Shown: positions 1-7,967 of the stretch, piece after piece | Numbering within the stretch: position 1 is the stretch's first letter | How the letters are laid out: each line of letters starts with the position of its first letter | Origin: Clostridiales bacterium | GTDB lineage: Bacteria > Bacillota > Clostridia > Lachnospirales > WQUN01 | Reading direction: 5' to 3' | Length of the DNA: 37,592 nucleotides | Assembly: GCA_031289625.1 (NCBI GenBank) | Contig: JAITPB010000118.1 | Span: forward strand, 1 to 37,592 | The notes under the pieces: model-generated | The model's database searches: none | The model's input: the letters and a program-made list of their open reading frames with translations, nothing else | Told to the model about the DNA's origin: nothing | Translations under genes and position numbers: made by a program

Positions 1-137
1 TTTTTTACTCAGCCTTTTATTGCTTCATCATATCTTGCCTTGATAAATGCCTTTTATTTCATTTCTTATCCGGTTTGGCTTGCTAAAGGCATGGAAATAA
101 ATGGGTGCGGTTCTCCTGACATCCTTCGGAATTTTGA

Positions 138-166
138 TTGATATTTTTTGATGAGCATCGTATAAT
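138..166 (+). promoter_or_regulatory. sigma-A-type promoter candidate for the NuoE/NuoF-like operon
   Basis: TTGATA (138-143), 17-nt spacer, TATAAT (161-166); about 78 nt upstream of the first possible start codon. Confidence 0.5.
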
Positions 167-243
167 ATCCCCTAACTAGGCATTGTGAAACGGCAAAACG
201 AATTAGGCGGCATGATTGAATATATTTTAAGCCATTCGTTATA

Positions 244-693
244 ATGGAGGGGATCATTTTGTTCATGGAATCCCAGGAAAACCCGCTGGCGCTGATGCAG
301 GACATACAAAAGGAGTGCGGATATATCCCTCGCGGGCGGCTGGAAAGTATGTCGGCTGATCTGCATATTCCGATGTCCGAGCTGTATTCCATCGTCACGT
401 TTTACAAGGCGCTCACGCTGACCCCACGGGGCAGGCATACCATAAAAATGTGCAGCGGAACCGCCTGTCACATCAAGGGCGGCAGGAATCTGCGGGGTGA
501 TCTGGAGCGCTTGTTAGGCGTCGGGCCGGGCGCCACGACTGCTGACATGATGTTTACATTGGAAATTGTCAACTGCCTGGGCGCGTGCGCTGTCGCCCCC
601 GTCATGCTGATCGACGGAACCTACTATGGCAAACTGACCACAAGAAAGCTGGAAAGCATTCTGGAAAAATACAAAACAGAAAAGGCGGTGTGA
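244..693 (+). CDS. NuoE/HydC-like thioredoxin-fold [2Fe-2S] subunit (NADH dehydrogenase 24-kDa type)
   Basis: 149-aa ORF. Cys pattern MCSGTACH ... NCLGACAVAP is typical of NuoE. GGAGG at 246-250 suggests the true start may be in-frame TTG 259 or ATG 265 rather than ATG 244. Confidence 0.88.
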   Translation: MEGIILFMESQENPLALMQDIQKECGYIPRGRLESMSADLHIPMSELYSIVTFYKALTLTPRGRHTIKMCSGTACHIKGGRNLRGDLERLLGVGPGATTADMMFTLEIVNCLGACAVAPVMLIDGTYYGKLTTRKLESILEKYKTEKAV

Positions 694-695
694 CC

Positions 696-2489
696 ATGCC
701 CGCGAAATCCGTATACATATGCTGTGATACCGGCTGTACAGCCGCCGGCGGCGGGCTGTTGGCCAGCGCATTCGCCGCTAAACTGAAAAACAGCGGCGCT
801 GCATGTGATTTGGCGCCGGCAGCCAAGCGCACCGGCTGCCACGGCCTGTGTGAATTTGGCCCGGTCGTCCGCGTCGAACCGGAAAATATCTCCTACTACC
901 AGGTTAGGCCAGAGGATGTTGACGAAATCTACGAAAAGACAATTGCCGGGGATGAAGTCATTGAGCGCCTGTTGTATAAAGACCCCTTCGGAAAGCAGTT
1001 CAAAACCGCCGCCGAAAATCCGTTTTACATACCGCAGGTAAAGATCGCCCTACGCAACGTCGGAGAAATAGATCCGCTGGATATGGAGGAAGCGGTCGCG
1101 CGCGGCGTGTACCAAGCGCTGGCCAAAGCGCTCGAGATGCCGCCGGAGGACATCGTGGACGAGATGGAGGCCTCCGGTCTGCGCGGGCGCGGAGGCGCGG
1201 GCTTCCCCACCGGCAAAAAATGGCGTTACTGCGCCGCCTCGAAGAGCGATATAAAATACGTTGTCTGCAACTGCGACGAAGGTGACCCGGGCGCTTTTAT
1301 GGACAGGAGCATACTGGAGGGCGACCCTCACAGCGTGCTTGAGGGCATAGCCATCGCCGCCAAGGCCGTCGGCGCCCGTCAAGGTTTTATTTATGTGCGG
1401 GACGAATATGAGGGCGCTGTACGCCACGCCGCCGCCGCCATTGCCGCCGCCCAGGCGCGTGGGGTTCTGGGCCGCAACATACTCGGCTCGGACATGGATT
1501 TTGATATCAAGGTCATACGCGGCGGCGGCGCTTTCGTGTGCGGCGAAGAAACCGCCTTGATCAACTCCATCGAGGGCCGCACCGGCGAGCCCAGGGTTAA
1601 GCCCCCATACCCGGCGTCGTCCGGCCTTTGGGGCAAACCCACGCTGATCAACAACGTGGAAACTTTCGCCAACGTGGCGGCCATTCTCCACAGCGGCGCG
1701 CAAAAGTTCCGTGAGATTGGGACGCGAAACTCGCCCGGAACCAAAGTATTCTGCCTGGTGGGCAAAATCAGGCGCACCGGCCTGATTGAAGTTCCCATGG
1801 GCATTACGCTGAGGCGGATTGTCTATGACATCGGGGGCGGTATGATGAACAGCCGCCCATTCAAGGCCATCCAAACCGGCGGGCCCTCTGGGGGGTGCAT
1901 ACCGGAGGCGCTGCTGGATATCGAGGTTGATTTCGACAGCCTGGCCGAAGCCGGCGGCATGATGGGCTCCGGCGGTATGATCGTTATGGATAGCTGTACC
2001 TGCATGGTGGAATTTGCGCAGTATTATGTAAAATTTCTGAGCGGGGAGTCCTGCGGCAAATGCACGCCTTGCCGCGAAGGGCTTCGCAAGCTGGACGCCA
2101 TCCTTACAGACATCCGCGAGGGCAAGGGCCGGTTAAGCGATATCGATCTCATGGAAGACATCTGCCAGACCATGCGCAAAGCCTCTCTCTGCGGCTTGGG
2201 CAAAAGCGCTCCCAACCCTGTGCTGACCGCGCTGCGCCATTTCAGGGCGGAGTATGTTGAGCATGTTGAGGAAAAATATTGCCGCGCCGGCGTATGCCCC
2301 AGTCTGAGCGCGTTTCACATAAATTTCGATGCCTGCACCGGATGCAGCGTGTGCGCCCGCAACTGCCCGGCGGCCGCGATAGAAGGCGTGAAAAAGAAAC
2401 CGCATCAAATCAACCAGAGTAAATGTGTTCAATGCGGCGCGTGCAGGGACGTCTGCCAATTCAACGCCGTGACGGCAGGGAGGCGCTGA
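696..2489 (+). CDS. NuoF/HydB-like NADH-binding FMN/Fe-S subunit with N-terminal 2Fe-2S domain and C-terminal 2x[4Fe-4S] ferredoxin domain
   Basis: Track ORF 585..2489 trimmed to ATG 696, 2 nt after the upstream stop. Motifs: GRGGAGFPTGKKW, ESCGKCTPCREG, CTGCSVCARNCP, CVQCGACRDVC; N-terminal YICCDTGC...GCHGLCEFGP. Confidence 0.93.
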   Translation: MPAKSVYICCDTGCTAAGGGLLASAFAAKLKNSGAACDLAPAAKRTGCHGLCEFGPVVRVEPENISYYQVRPEDVDEIYEKTIAGDEVIERLLYKDPFGKQFKTAAENPFYIPQVKIALRNVGEIDPLDMEEAVARGVYQALAKALEMPPEDIVDEMEASGLRGRGGAGFPTGKKWRYCAASKSDIKYVVCNCDEGDPGAFMDRSILEGDPHSVLEGIAIAAKAVGARQGFIYVRDEYEGAVRHAAAAIAAAQARGVLGRNILGSDMDFDIKVIRGGGAFVCGEETALINSIEGRTGEPRVKPPYPASSGLWGKPTLINNVETFANVAAILHSGAQKFREIGTRNSPGTKVFCLVGKIRRTGLIEVPMGITLRRIVYDIGGGMMNSRPFKAIQTGGPSGGCIPEALLDIEVDFDSLAEAGGMMGSGGMIVMDSCTCMVEFAQYYVKFLSGESCGKCTPCREGLRKLDAILTDIREGKGRLSDIDLMEDICQTMRKASLCGLGKSAPNPVLTALRHFRAEYVEHVEEKYCRAGVCPSLSAFHINFDACTGCSVCARNCPAAAIEGVKKKPHQINQSKCVQCGACRDVCQFNAVTAGRR

Positions 2490-2490
2490 C

Positions 2491-3267
2491 ATGTTTATTA
2501 CGATCGACGGCAAACCATGCGAGTGCGCGGAGGGGGAATTTGTGCTGGCCGCCGCCCTCAGAAATGGGATAGACATTCCCCGCCTCTGTCATCACGCCGC
2601 GCTGCCCAATCAGGCAAGCTGCCGCTTGTGCCTCGTAGAGATCATGGAAAATGGCGTTAAACATGTGACCGCTTCCTGCTCGTATCCGGTGTCCGAGGGT
2701 ATCGAAGTTGTGACCCGCTCACAGGAGCTCCAAAAACTGCGCAGCGGCGTTTTGGCCTTGCTGAAAGAACGCGCCCCAGCCTCCCCCGAAATCAGCGCGC
2801 TCTGCGAAAAGTTTGGCGTTGCCGGCGACAAACGCTTTTTCCGTGACACAAATGAACGCTGCGTCATGTGCGGGCTGTGTACCGCCGCCTGTAAACTGCT
2901 GGGCGCGTCGGCTATATCGGCGGCGTTCCGCGGCGTGGATAAAAAAATATCGACGCCGTTCGGCGAGATGTCCCCAGCCTGTATTGGATGCGGAGCCTGT
3001 GCCCGCGTGTGCCCCTGCGGCGCTATCCCCCTGACCGAGAGCGGCGGCGCGCGGGAAATATGGGGCAAATCCTTCGAACTTGTGAGATGCCCGGCGTGCG
3101 GCAAGCCGTTCGCGACGCGGGAGGAGCTGGCGTTTTTGGCAAAAAAATTTGCGTTACCGCCGGAGTTTAAGGGGTTGTGCCGAGAATGCCAACGAAAAGA
3201 AACCGTGAAAAAAATGCCGGAATTGAGGAATGCCATAGCCGCCTATCCCAGCGGGAGCGCAAAATAA
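2491..3267 (+). CDS. Short NuoG/HydA-N-terminal-like Fe-S protein (2Fe-2S plus two 4Fe-4S motifs plus C-terminal Cys4 pair) with no catalytic domain
   Basis: 258 aa, starts 1 nt after the NuoF-like stop. Has LCHH...SCRLC...ASCSYP (plant-type 2Fe-2S pattern), CVMCGLCTAAC, CIGCGACARVCPC and CPACGKPF...CRECQ. Followed by hairpin terminators. Confidence 0.85.
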   Translation: MFITIDGKPCECAEGEFVLAAALRNGIDIPRLCHHAALPNQASCRLCLVEIMENGVKHVTASCSYPVSEGIEVVTRSQELQKLRSGVLALLKERAPASPEISALCEKFGVAGDKRFFRDTNERCVMCGLCTAACKLLGASAISAAFRGVDKKISTPFGEMSPACIGCGACARVCPCGAIPLTESGGAREIWGKSFELVRCPACGKPFATREELAFLAKKFALPPEFKGLCRECQRKETVKKMPELRNAIAAYPSGSAK

Positions 3268-3279
3268 CCGCTCCCGCAA

Positions 3280-3362
3280 AAATCCCCCGAAGCGGTTCAG
3301 CGCGGGGGATTTGCCGTTTAATATTTTTAGGCTCATTTTGCCTTGCCAAAGGGCTTTTTTTT
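3280..3362 (+). terminator. Two tandem hairpins ending the Fe-S operon
   Basis: AAATCCCCCG (3280-3289) pairs with CGGGGGATTT (3303-3312). A second short stem at 3340-3354 is followed by T8 (3355-3362). Confidence 0.55.
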
Positions 3363-3432
3363 GTTTAAAATGGAGCATGATAATACAAAGACTGTATAAA
3401 GGAGCCATGGGTACCAATAAGGGGGATTTTGA

Positions 3433-5367
3433 ATGAAAGGGTGGAGGATCTTAGCGGGGCTTATGGCGGCTGCGTACGGCGTGCTGTCGTATGGACTCTC
3501 AGCCACGTTGGCCGCCACGGCCTATAAGGATGTGCCCGCCGCGCATTGGGCGTTTGACGCCATCAATACGGTATCGGACAAGGGCCTCATTGTGGGAGAC
3601 GCTTCGGGCAATTTTAGGCCGGAAGCGCTGATTGACAAATTTGAGACAGCAAAAATACTCGCAAAATCGGCTGGCTATAAATACACAAACCTCACAAAAG
3701 AAGAACAGACCTATTACAACCGGGCTTACGATAAAAACAAACCTTTACTTACGGAATTCCAAAAATCATTCAATAAGTGGAATACCACCGCCGATCACGA
3801 GATTGCTTTTTTATTGGAAAAAGAAATTTTGACGGCGGACGATCTGAATCAGTTTGTGGTCAACGACACGAACGGCGTTCAGCAGCTGCGCGCGCTTTCC
3901 CGGCAGGAAGCCGCGGTTTTTCTGGTCAAACTCATGGGAAAGAAAAATGACGCCCTGAAAATCAGCAGTGGTTACGTTGATTTTGAAGACGACGATTCCA
4001 TTACGCCAGAGTTCAAGCCGTATATTTATTACTTAAAAAGCTTGCAAATTATCTCCGGCGAGACCTCCAGCCAGTTCATTCCCAACGGCGCGGTAACGAG
4101 AGCTTCTATGGCCATTTTGCTGACGAAGTCGCTGGAAGCCATGAAGCCCTCCGGGGTGGACAGCGGCGCGGTGATTCCGGTCAGCATCGCCAATCCAAGC
4201 GTTTCCAAAGTGGAAAGCGTATCGGGCATGATAGACAAGCTTTATCCCATCTTAAACGGCATACAGATTTTGACAGACGACAAAAAAATGCTTTATCAGG
4301 TTCCGCCCGTGGGCCATATAGAAGTGGACGGATATTTAAAAACTTTTTCCGATCTGCGGGAGGGTATGCTGCTGTCGGGCGTTTTGCTGAACAACGAACT
4401 GGTCAATCTGGCGGCGCAAAGCGTCCCCGCCGCCCCGGAAGTGACGCCAGCGCCATCTATGACGGCGCTGACGGGCCTCGTCGATTCCATTCAGCCGGAT
4501 ACGTCCGGCGTTACCATTCAGATCCTCACCTGCGAGTGGAATGGCGAGGCGATGCTGGAAGTGAAAAGTTTTCTGCTGGCGCCGGAAAGCAAAATTATGC
4601 AATCGGGCAAGGCAATCGCGTTTTCCGACATTGTTAAAGGCAGCGCCGTGACGGCGGAAGTTTCTGGCGGGCTGTGCTATTCGCTCGAACTCACGGAAAA
4701 AAGCTGGGAGATCCAAAACGGCGTGCTGCTGAACAAAAAAATGATCGCGGATGTGATGACGCTCATCATACAAGATCACAGCGGCGTCAGTTATGCGCTC
4801 CGCCTCACAGACGAAACGGTTGTGAGCCGGAAAGAGACAGGGAAAGTAAATTGGGATGACCTGCGCGCGGGAGACAGCGTCAGCGCCGTCTGTGAATATG
4901 ACAGGCTCATCGCCGTGGACGCCGCCGGCGTGAAAAGCACGCAGGACGGCGTTATCCTGGAGGTGCATGTCGCGGCGGATCAGCAAGCGATCGTCATGCA
5001 GACCACAGAAGGAGCCGTCAAGCGATATGCCCTGATGCCGGAAACCGTTGACGTGTATTCTGTCCGCGTGGGCATGAAAGTCCGCTTGAACCTTGAAAGT
5101 CAAGAAGTGCGGACGCTGACTGTTTTGGAAAATGCCGTAGCGCCCTCATTCTTCACCGGCGTTATTGAATCCATGCAAACCGGCTCGCTGTACCTGCGCA
5201 GCGGCAGCGTAGATCCCAAAGAAATTTTTCTGGATGACGCCACGGTTTTTATCGATTCCGGTTCCGGCGGCGCCGTGAAGCCAGAACAGCTGGCTACGGG
5301 CATGAAAGTATACGTCATATTGCCGGATGCGGGCAAGCGGGCCTCTCATGTGACAATTTTGTCTTAA
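3433..5367 (+). CDS. Secreted SLH-domain (S-layer homology) cell-wall-anchored protein
   Basis: 644 aa. N-terminal signal-like segment, then SLH-type repeats (YKDVPAAHWAFDAINTVSDKGLIVGDASGNFRP...; FEDDDSITPEFKPYIYYLKSLQIISGETSSQFIPNGAVTRA). SD AAGGGGGA lies before ATG 3433. Confidence 0.85.
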   Translation: MKGWRILAGLMAAAYGVLSYGLSATLAATAYKDVPAAHWAFDAINTVSDKGLIVGDASGNFRPEALIDKFETAKILAKSAGYKYTNLTKEEQTYYNRAYDKNKPLLTEFQKSFNKWNTTADHEIAFLLEKEILTADDLNQFVVNDTNGVQQLRALSRQEAAVFLVKLMGKKNDALKISSGYVDFEDDDSITPEFKPYIYYLKSLQIISGETSSQFIPNGAVTRASMAILLTKSLEAMKPSGVDSGAVIPVSIANPSVSKVESVSGMIDKLYPILNGIQILTDDKKMLYQVPPVGHIEVDGYLKTFSDLREGMLLSGVLLNNELVNLAAQSVPAAPEVTPAPSMTALTGLVDSIQPDTSGVTIQILTCEWNGEAMLEVKSFLLAPESKIMQSGKAIAFSDIVKGSAVTAEVSGGLCYSLELTEKSWEIQNGVLLNKKMIADVMTLIIQDHSGVSYALRLTDETVVSRKETGKVNWDDLRAGDSVSAVCEYDRLIAVDAAGVKSTQDGVILEVHVAADQQAIVMQTTEGAVKRYALMPETVDVYSVRVGMKVRLNLESQEVRTLTVLENAVAPSFFTGVIESMQTGSLYLRSGSVDPKEIFLDDATVFIDSGSGGAVKPEQLATGMKVYVILPDAGKRASHVTILS

Positions 5368-5393
5368 TCAAATTCAAAAGGAGTTGGAACAGC

Positions 5394-5978
5394 ATGGACA
5401 GCAAAAAGCCAGAAGAAATCAAAGAAGAAAATAAAGAAGAAAAGTTGATAGAAAAGCTGCTGAAAACGAGGTCAATCATTATTTGCGGTGAAATCAACCA
5501 GGCTCTGGCGGAAAAAGTGACCACGCAGCTTCTGCTGCTGCAGGCGATGGGCGACGATCCGATCAATCTCTATTTGAACAGCCAGGGCGGGCATGTGGAA
5601 GCCGGTGATACCATTCACGATATGATTCAGTTTATCCGGCCGCGCGTATTGATCGTCGGCACAGGCTGGGTCGCCAGCGCGGGGATTACCATCTATTTGG
5701 CGGCGAGCCGGGTAGACAGATATTCCCTGCCCAATACCCGCTACATGATTCATCAGCCGCTGGGCGGCGCGCAGGGACAGGCGACGGATCTGAAAATAGA
5801 GGCGGACGAGATCATCAAGATGCGCGAACGGATCAACCGCCTGATCAGTCACGCCACCGGCCAGCCCGTGGAAAAAGTGCATCAGGATACATTGCGGAAC
5901 CATTGGATGGATGTACATCAAGCGATAGAATATGGCATTGTCAATCGTATTGTCACGCGCTTCGACGAGGTCGTTTAA
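5394..5978 (+). CDS. clpP: ClpP-family serine protease subunit
   Basis: 194 aa. Has GWVASAG (Ser), YMIHQPLGG (His) and QDT (Asp) in ClpP order. The N-terminus is a K/E-rich tail instead of the canonical axial-loop segment. Confidence 0.9.
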   Translation: MDSKKPEEIKEENKEEKLIEKLLKTRSIIICGEINQALAEKVTTQLLLLQAMGDDPINLYLNSQGGHVEAGDTIHDMIQFIRPRVLIVGTGWVASAGITIYLAASRVDRYSLPNTRYMIHQPLGGAQGQATDLKIEADEIIKMRERINRLISHATGQPVEKVHQDTLRNHWMDVHQAIEYGIVNRIVTRFDEVV

Positions 5979-5994
5979 ATAGGAAAGAGTAAAC

Positions 5995-6822
5995 ATGGAA
6001 AAATTCGAGGCTGTGGAACAGAGTATCATCAAAAAATACCGAAAAGACATTTGGCGCGGGTTTATCCGCGGCATACAGGAATATGAACTGGTGCGGGAAG
6101 GGGATCAGATTGCGGCCTGCCTGTCAGGCGGAAAAGATTCTATGCTCATGGCGAAATGTCTGCAGGAACTTCAAAAGTACAGCCATACGCGGTTTAACTT
6201 GGTTTTTCTGGTGATGGATCCGGGCTACAGCCCGGAGAACCGGCGGATCATTGAGGAAAACGCCAGGCTTTTGCGCGTCCCCGCTCTTTTTTTTGACACG
6301 GGCATTTATGACGCTGTGGCGAAAGTGGGTGCGGGCGCCTGTTATCTATGCGCGCGCATGAGAAGAGGATATTTATACAGGAAAGCGCAAGAGCTGGGCT
6401 GCAACAAAATCGCGCTGGGTCATCATTACGACGACGCGGTGGAAACGATACTGCTCTCTATGTTCTACAGCGGAGAGTTCAAAACCATGATGCCCAAATT
6501 GAAAAGCCGGAACTGCGAAGGGATGGAGCTGATCCGGCCTCTCTATTTGGTGCGGGAAGACGCCGTTATCGCCTGGCGCGATTACCACCGTCTGCGTTTT
6601 ATCCGCTGCGCCTGCCGCTTTTCGGAAAACCCCGATATCTGCGGCGGCGGCTCTAAACGCGCGGAGATCAAAGCCTTTCTCCGGCAGCTGCGGAAAACCG
6701 ATCCCGTCATTGAAAAAAATATTTTCCGAAGCGTTGAAAACGTGCATGTGGACGCGGTGATCGGCTGCCGTGAAAAAAATATCCGGCGCCATTTTTTGGA
6801 TAGTTATGACGCGCAGACATAA
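5995..6822 (+). CDS. ttcA: PP-loop ATPase of the TtcA (tRNA 2-thiocytidine) family
   Basis: 275 aa. SGGKDS PP-loop, CYLCARMRRG motif, HHYDD, C-terminal Cys cluster. Confidence 0.8.
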   Translation: MEKFEAVEQSIIKKYRKDIWRGFIRGIQEYELVREGDQIAACLSGGKDSMLMAKCLQELQKYSHTRFNLVFLVMDPGYSPENRRIIEENARLLRVPALFFDTGIYDAVAKVGAGACYLCARMRRGYLYRKAQELGCNKIALGHHYDDAVETILLSMFYSGEFKTMMPKLKSRNCEGMELIRPLYLVREDAVIAWRDYHRLRFIRCACRFSENPDICGGGSKRAEIKAFLRQLRKTDPVIEKNIFRSVENVHVDAVIGCREKNIRRHFLDSYDAQT

Positions 6823-6824
6823 AC

Positions 6825-7910
6825 TCAAGCATTAAAAATCATGGGCGCGTAACGCTGAACAAATTCATATCCATTGACAGAATCCTGGTTGATCGACCAT
6901 GTCATTAAACCGCGGATGCCATGGCCCTCTGCTTCCAGCCGATCCAGCGCCCAGCGCACGTCGTCAGGATTTTCCACATATCCGTTGATGGCCGACAGCG
7001 GCGAGGCGGGCAGGCCAATCACAAATTTATCCGCGTGGATTTGGAGAAAGTCATTGGTTCCCGTGACTATGGCGTTTGTTAAAGTGTAGAGAAACTCCGC
7101 CTTATGCTCGTTATCGTTTTGAGACAGGAACATATGATATTCATCTGACCAAATGCCGTCGGCGCCTTGGTTGTAATACTGTGGGAAAATCAAATCATAA
7201 TAGCCTTCCAGATCCTGCAGGAACGGCTTGTAGGGCGCTGCATATCCTCGCAAAAGATTAAATTCCGGCGCCATGGTGACAATAAACGGTTTTCCCTGTG
7301 AACGGTAAAAATCTTTGATTTCACGGATGACCGCGGGAACCACGCTTTGGTTATCGCCCGCCGAGATGGACGCGCCTTCCAGATCGATATCAATCCCGTT
7401 AAAACCATATCGCTCGATCAAGCGCATAAGCTCATCTTTAAAGAGCGGCTTGTCACTTTCCCGCAAAATGATGCCCTCATGCGCCCCCCCCAGCGACAGG
7501 AGAACGGCGCGGCCCTCAGCCTTGAGGCTCTCCATGCCCGCGATAAATTCATCTTCGTCCATATAGGGGGCAAATGTGAGGACGCCCTCTGCGTTGGGTT
7601 CCACAAACGCGACGCAGATCAAGTTGTATTCCGGCGGTATACTGGTCAGGGAAACTTGCGGGTTCCAGCCAAACCAGAATCCGCAGAAAACTTTGCCGGA
7701 CAGATCTCCGGACGATGGTCCGGACGGTTGTCCGAACGATGGTCCGGACGGTTGTCCGGACGGTTGTCCGCACGATTGTCCGGGCAGTCGCCCGGGCAGT
7801 TGTTCGGGCGGCTGCCCGGGTTCATTGCGCAGGGAGGCCAGTGTGTATGGCCTGCTGCGCGGCATTTGAGACAACAGCATAAATAATGGCAGTGAAGACA
7901 TTACATTCAT
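6825..7910 (-). CDS. Glycoside hydrolase family 18 (chitinase / endo-beta-N-acetylglucosaminidase-like) with N-terminal GQPS repeat linker
   Basis: 361 aa. Catalytic motif FNGIDIDLEG (DxxDxDxE). N-terminal (G-Q/P-P/S-S)n low-complexity tract encoded by the 12-nt repeat. Confidence 0.85.
   Translation of the reverse strand: MNVMSSLPLFMLLSQMPRSRPYTLASLRNEPGQPPEQLPGRLPGQSCGQPSGQPSGPSFGQPSGPSSGDLSGKVFCGFWFGWNPQVSLTSIPPEYNLICVAFVEPNAEGVLTFAPYMDEDEFIAGMESLKAEGRAVLLSLGGAHEGIILRESDKPLFKDELMRLIERYGFNGIDIDLEGASISAGDNQSVVPAVIREIKDFYRSQGKPFIVTMAPEFNLLRGYAAPYKPFLQDLEGYYDLIFPQYYNQGADGIWSDEYHMFLSQNDNEHKAEFLYTLTNAIVTGTNDFLQIHADKFVIGLPASPLSAINGYVENPDDVRWALDRLEAEGHGIRGLMTWSINQDSVNGYEFVQRYAPMIFNA
7696..7827. 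repeat. 12-nt tandem minisatellite, about 11 units, plus-strand consensus CCGGACGRTTGT (array 1)
   Basis: Read directly: ccggacagatct ccggacgatggt ccggacggttgt ccgaacgatggt ccggacggttgt ccggacggttgt ccgcacgattgt ccgggcagtcgc ccgggcagttgt ...; encodes GQPS/GPSS on the minus strand. Confidence 0.9.
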
Positions 7911-7948
7911 GACCGCAATCCTTTCTAATCTCTAGAACAAAACCACAG

Positions 7949-7960
7949 TGTTCATGAACA
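7949..7960. promoter_or_regulatory. Perfect 12-nt palindrome TGTTCATGAACA between the HlyD-like stop and the GH18 start (possible operator)
   Basis: Seen in sequence. It has no loop, so it is unlikely to be a terminator hairpin. Confidence 0.25.
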
Positions 7961-7967
7961 TAGTATG

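Noticed and set aside
183-202. Possible Rex (redox-sensing repressor) operator just downstream of the -10 box (TTGTGAA...)
   Set aside because: Only the left half-site matches. The right half (AAACGAA) does not match TTCACAA, so it is not a supportable call.
585-695. N-terminal extension of the NuoF-like ORF (track start 585)
   Set aside because: It overlaps the end of the NuoE-like gene in another frame. ATG 696 follows the upstream stop by 2 nt, and the recognisable domain starts there.
1050-1874. Many long ORFs on the strand opposite to confident genes, for example 1050..1874(-), 4336..5103(-), 8229..8879(+), 10527..11234(+), 16312..17307(+), 18405..18989(+), 20645..21268(+), 23053..24024(+)
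   Set aside because: They lie entirely inside well-supported genes on the other strand and have Arg/Gly/His-rich low-information translations typical of antisense shadows in GC-rich coding DNA. They also lack SD sequences.
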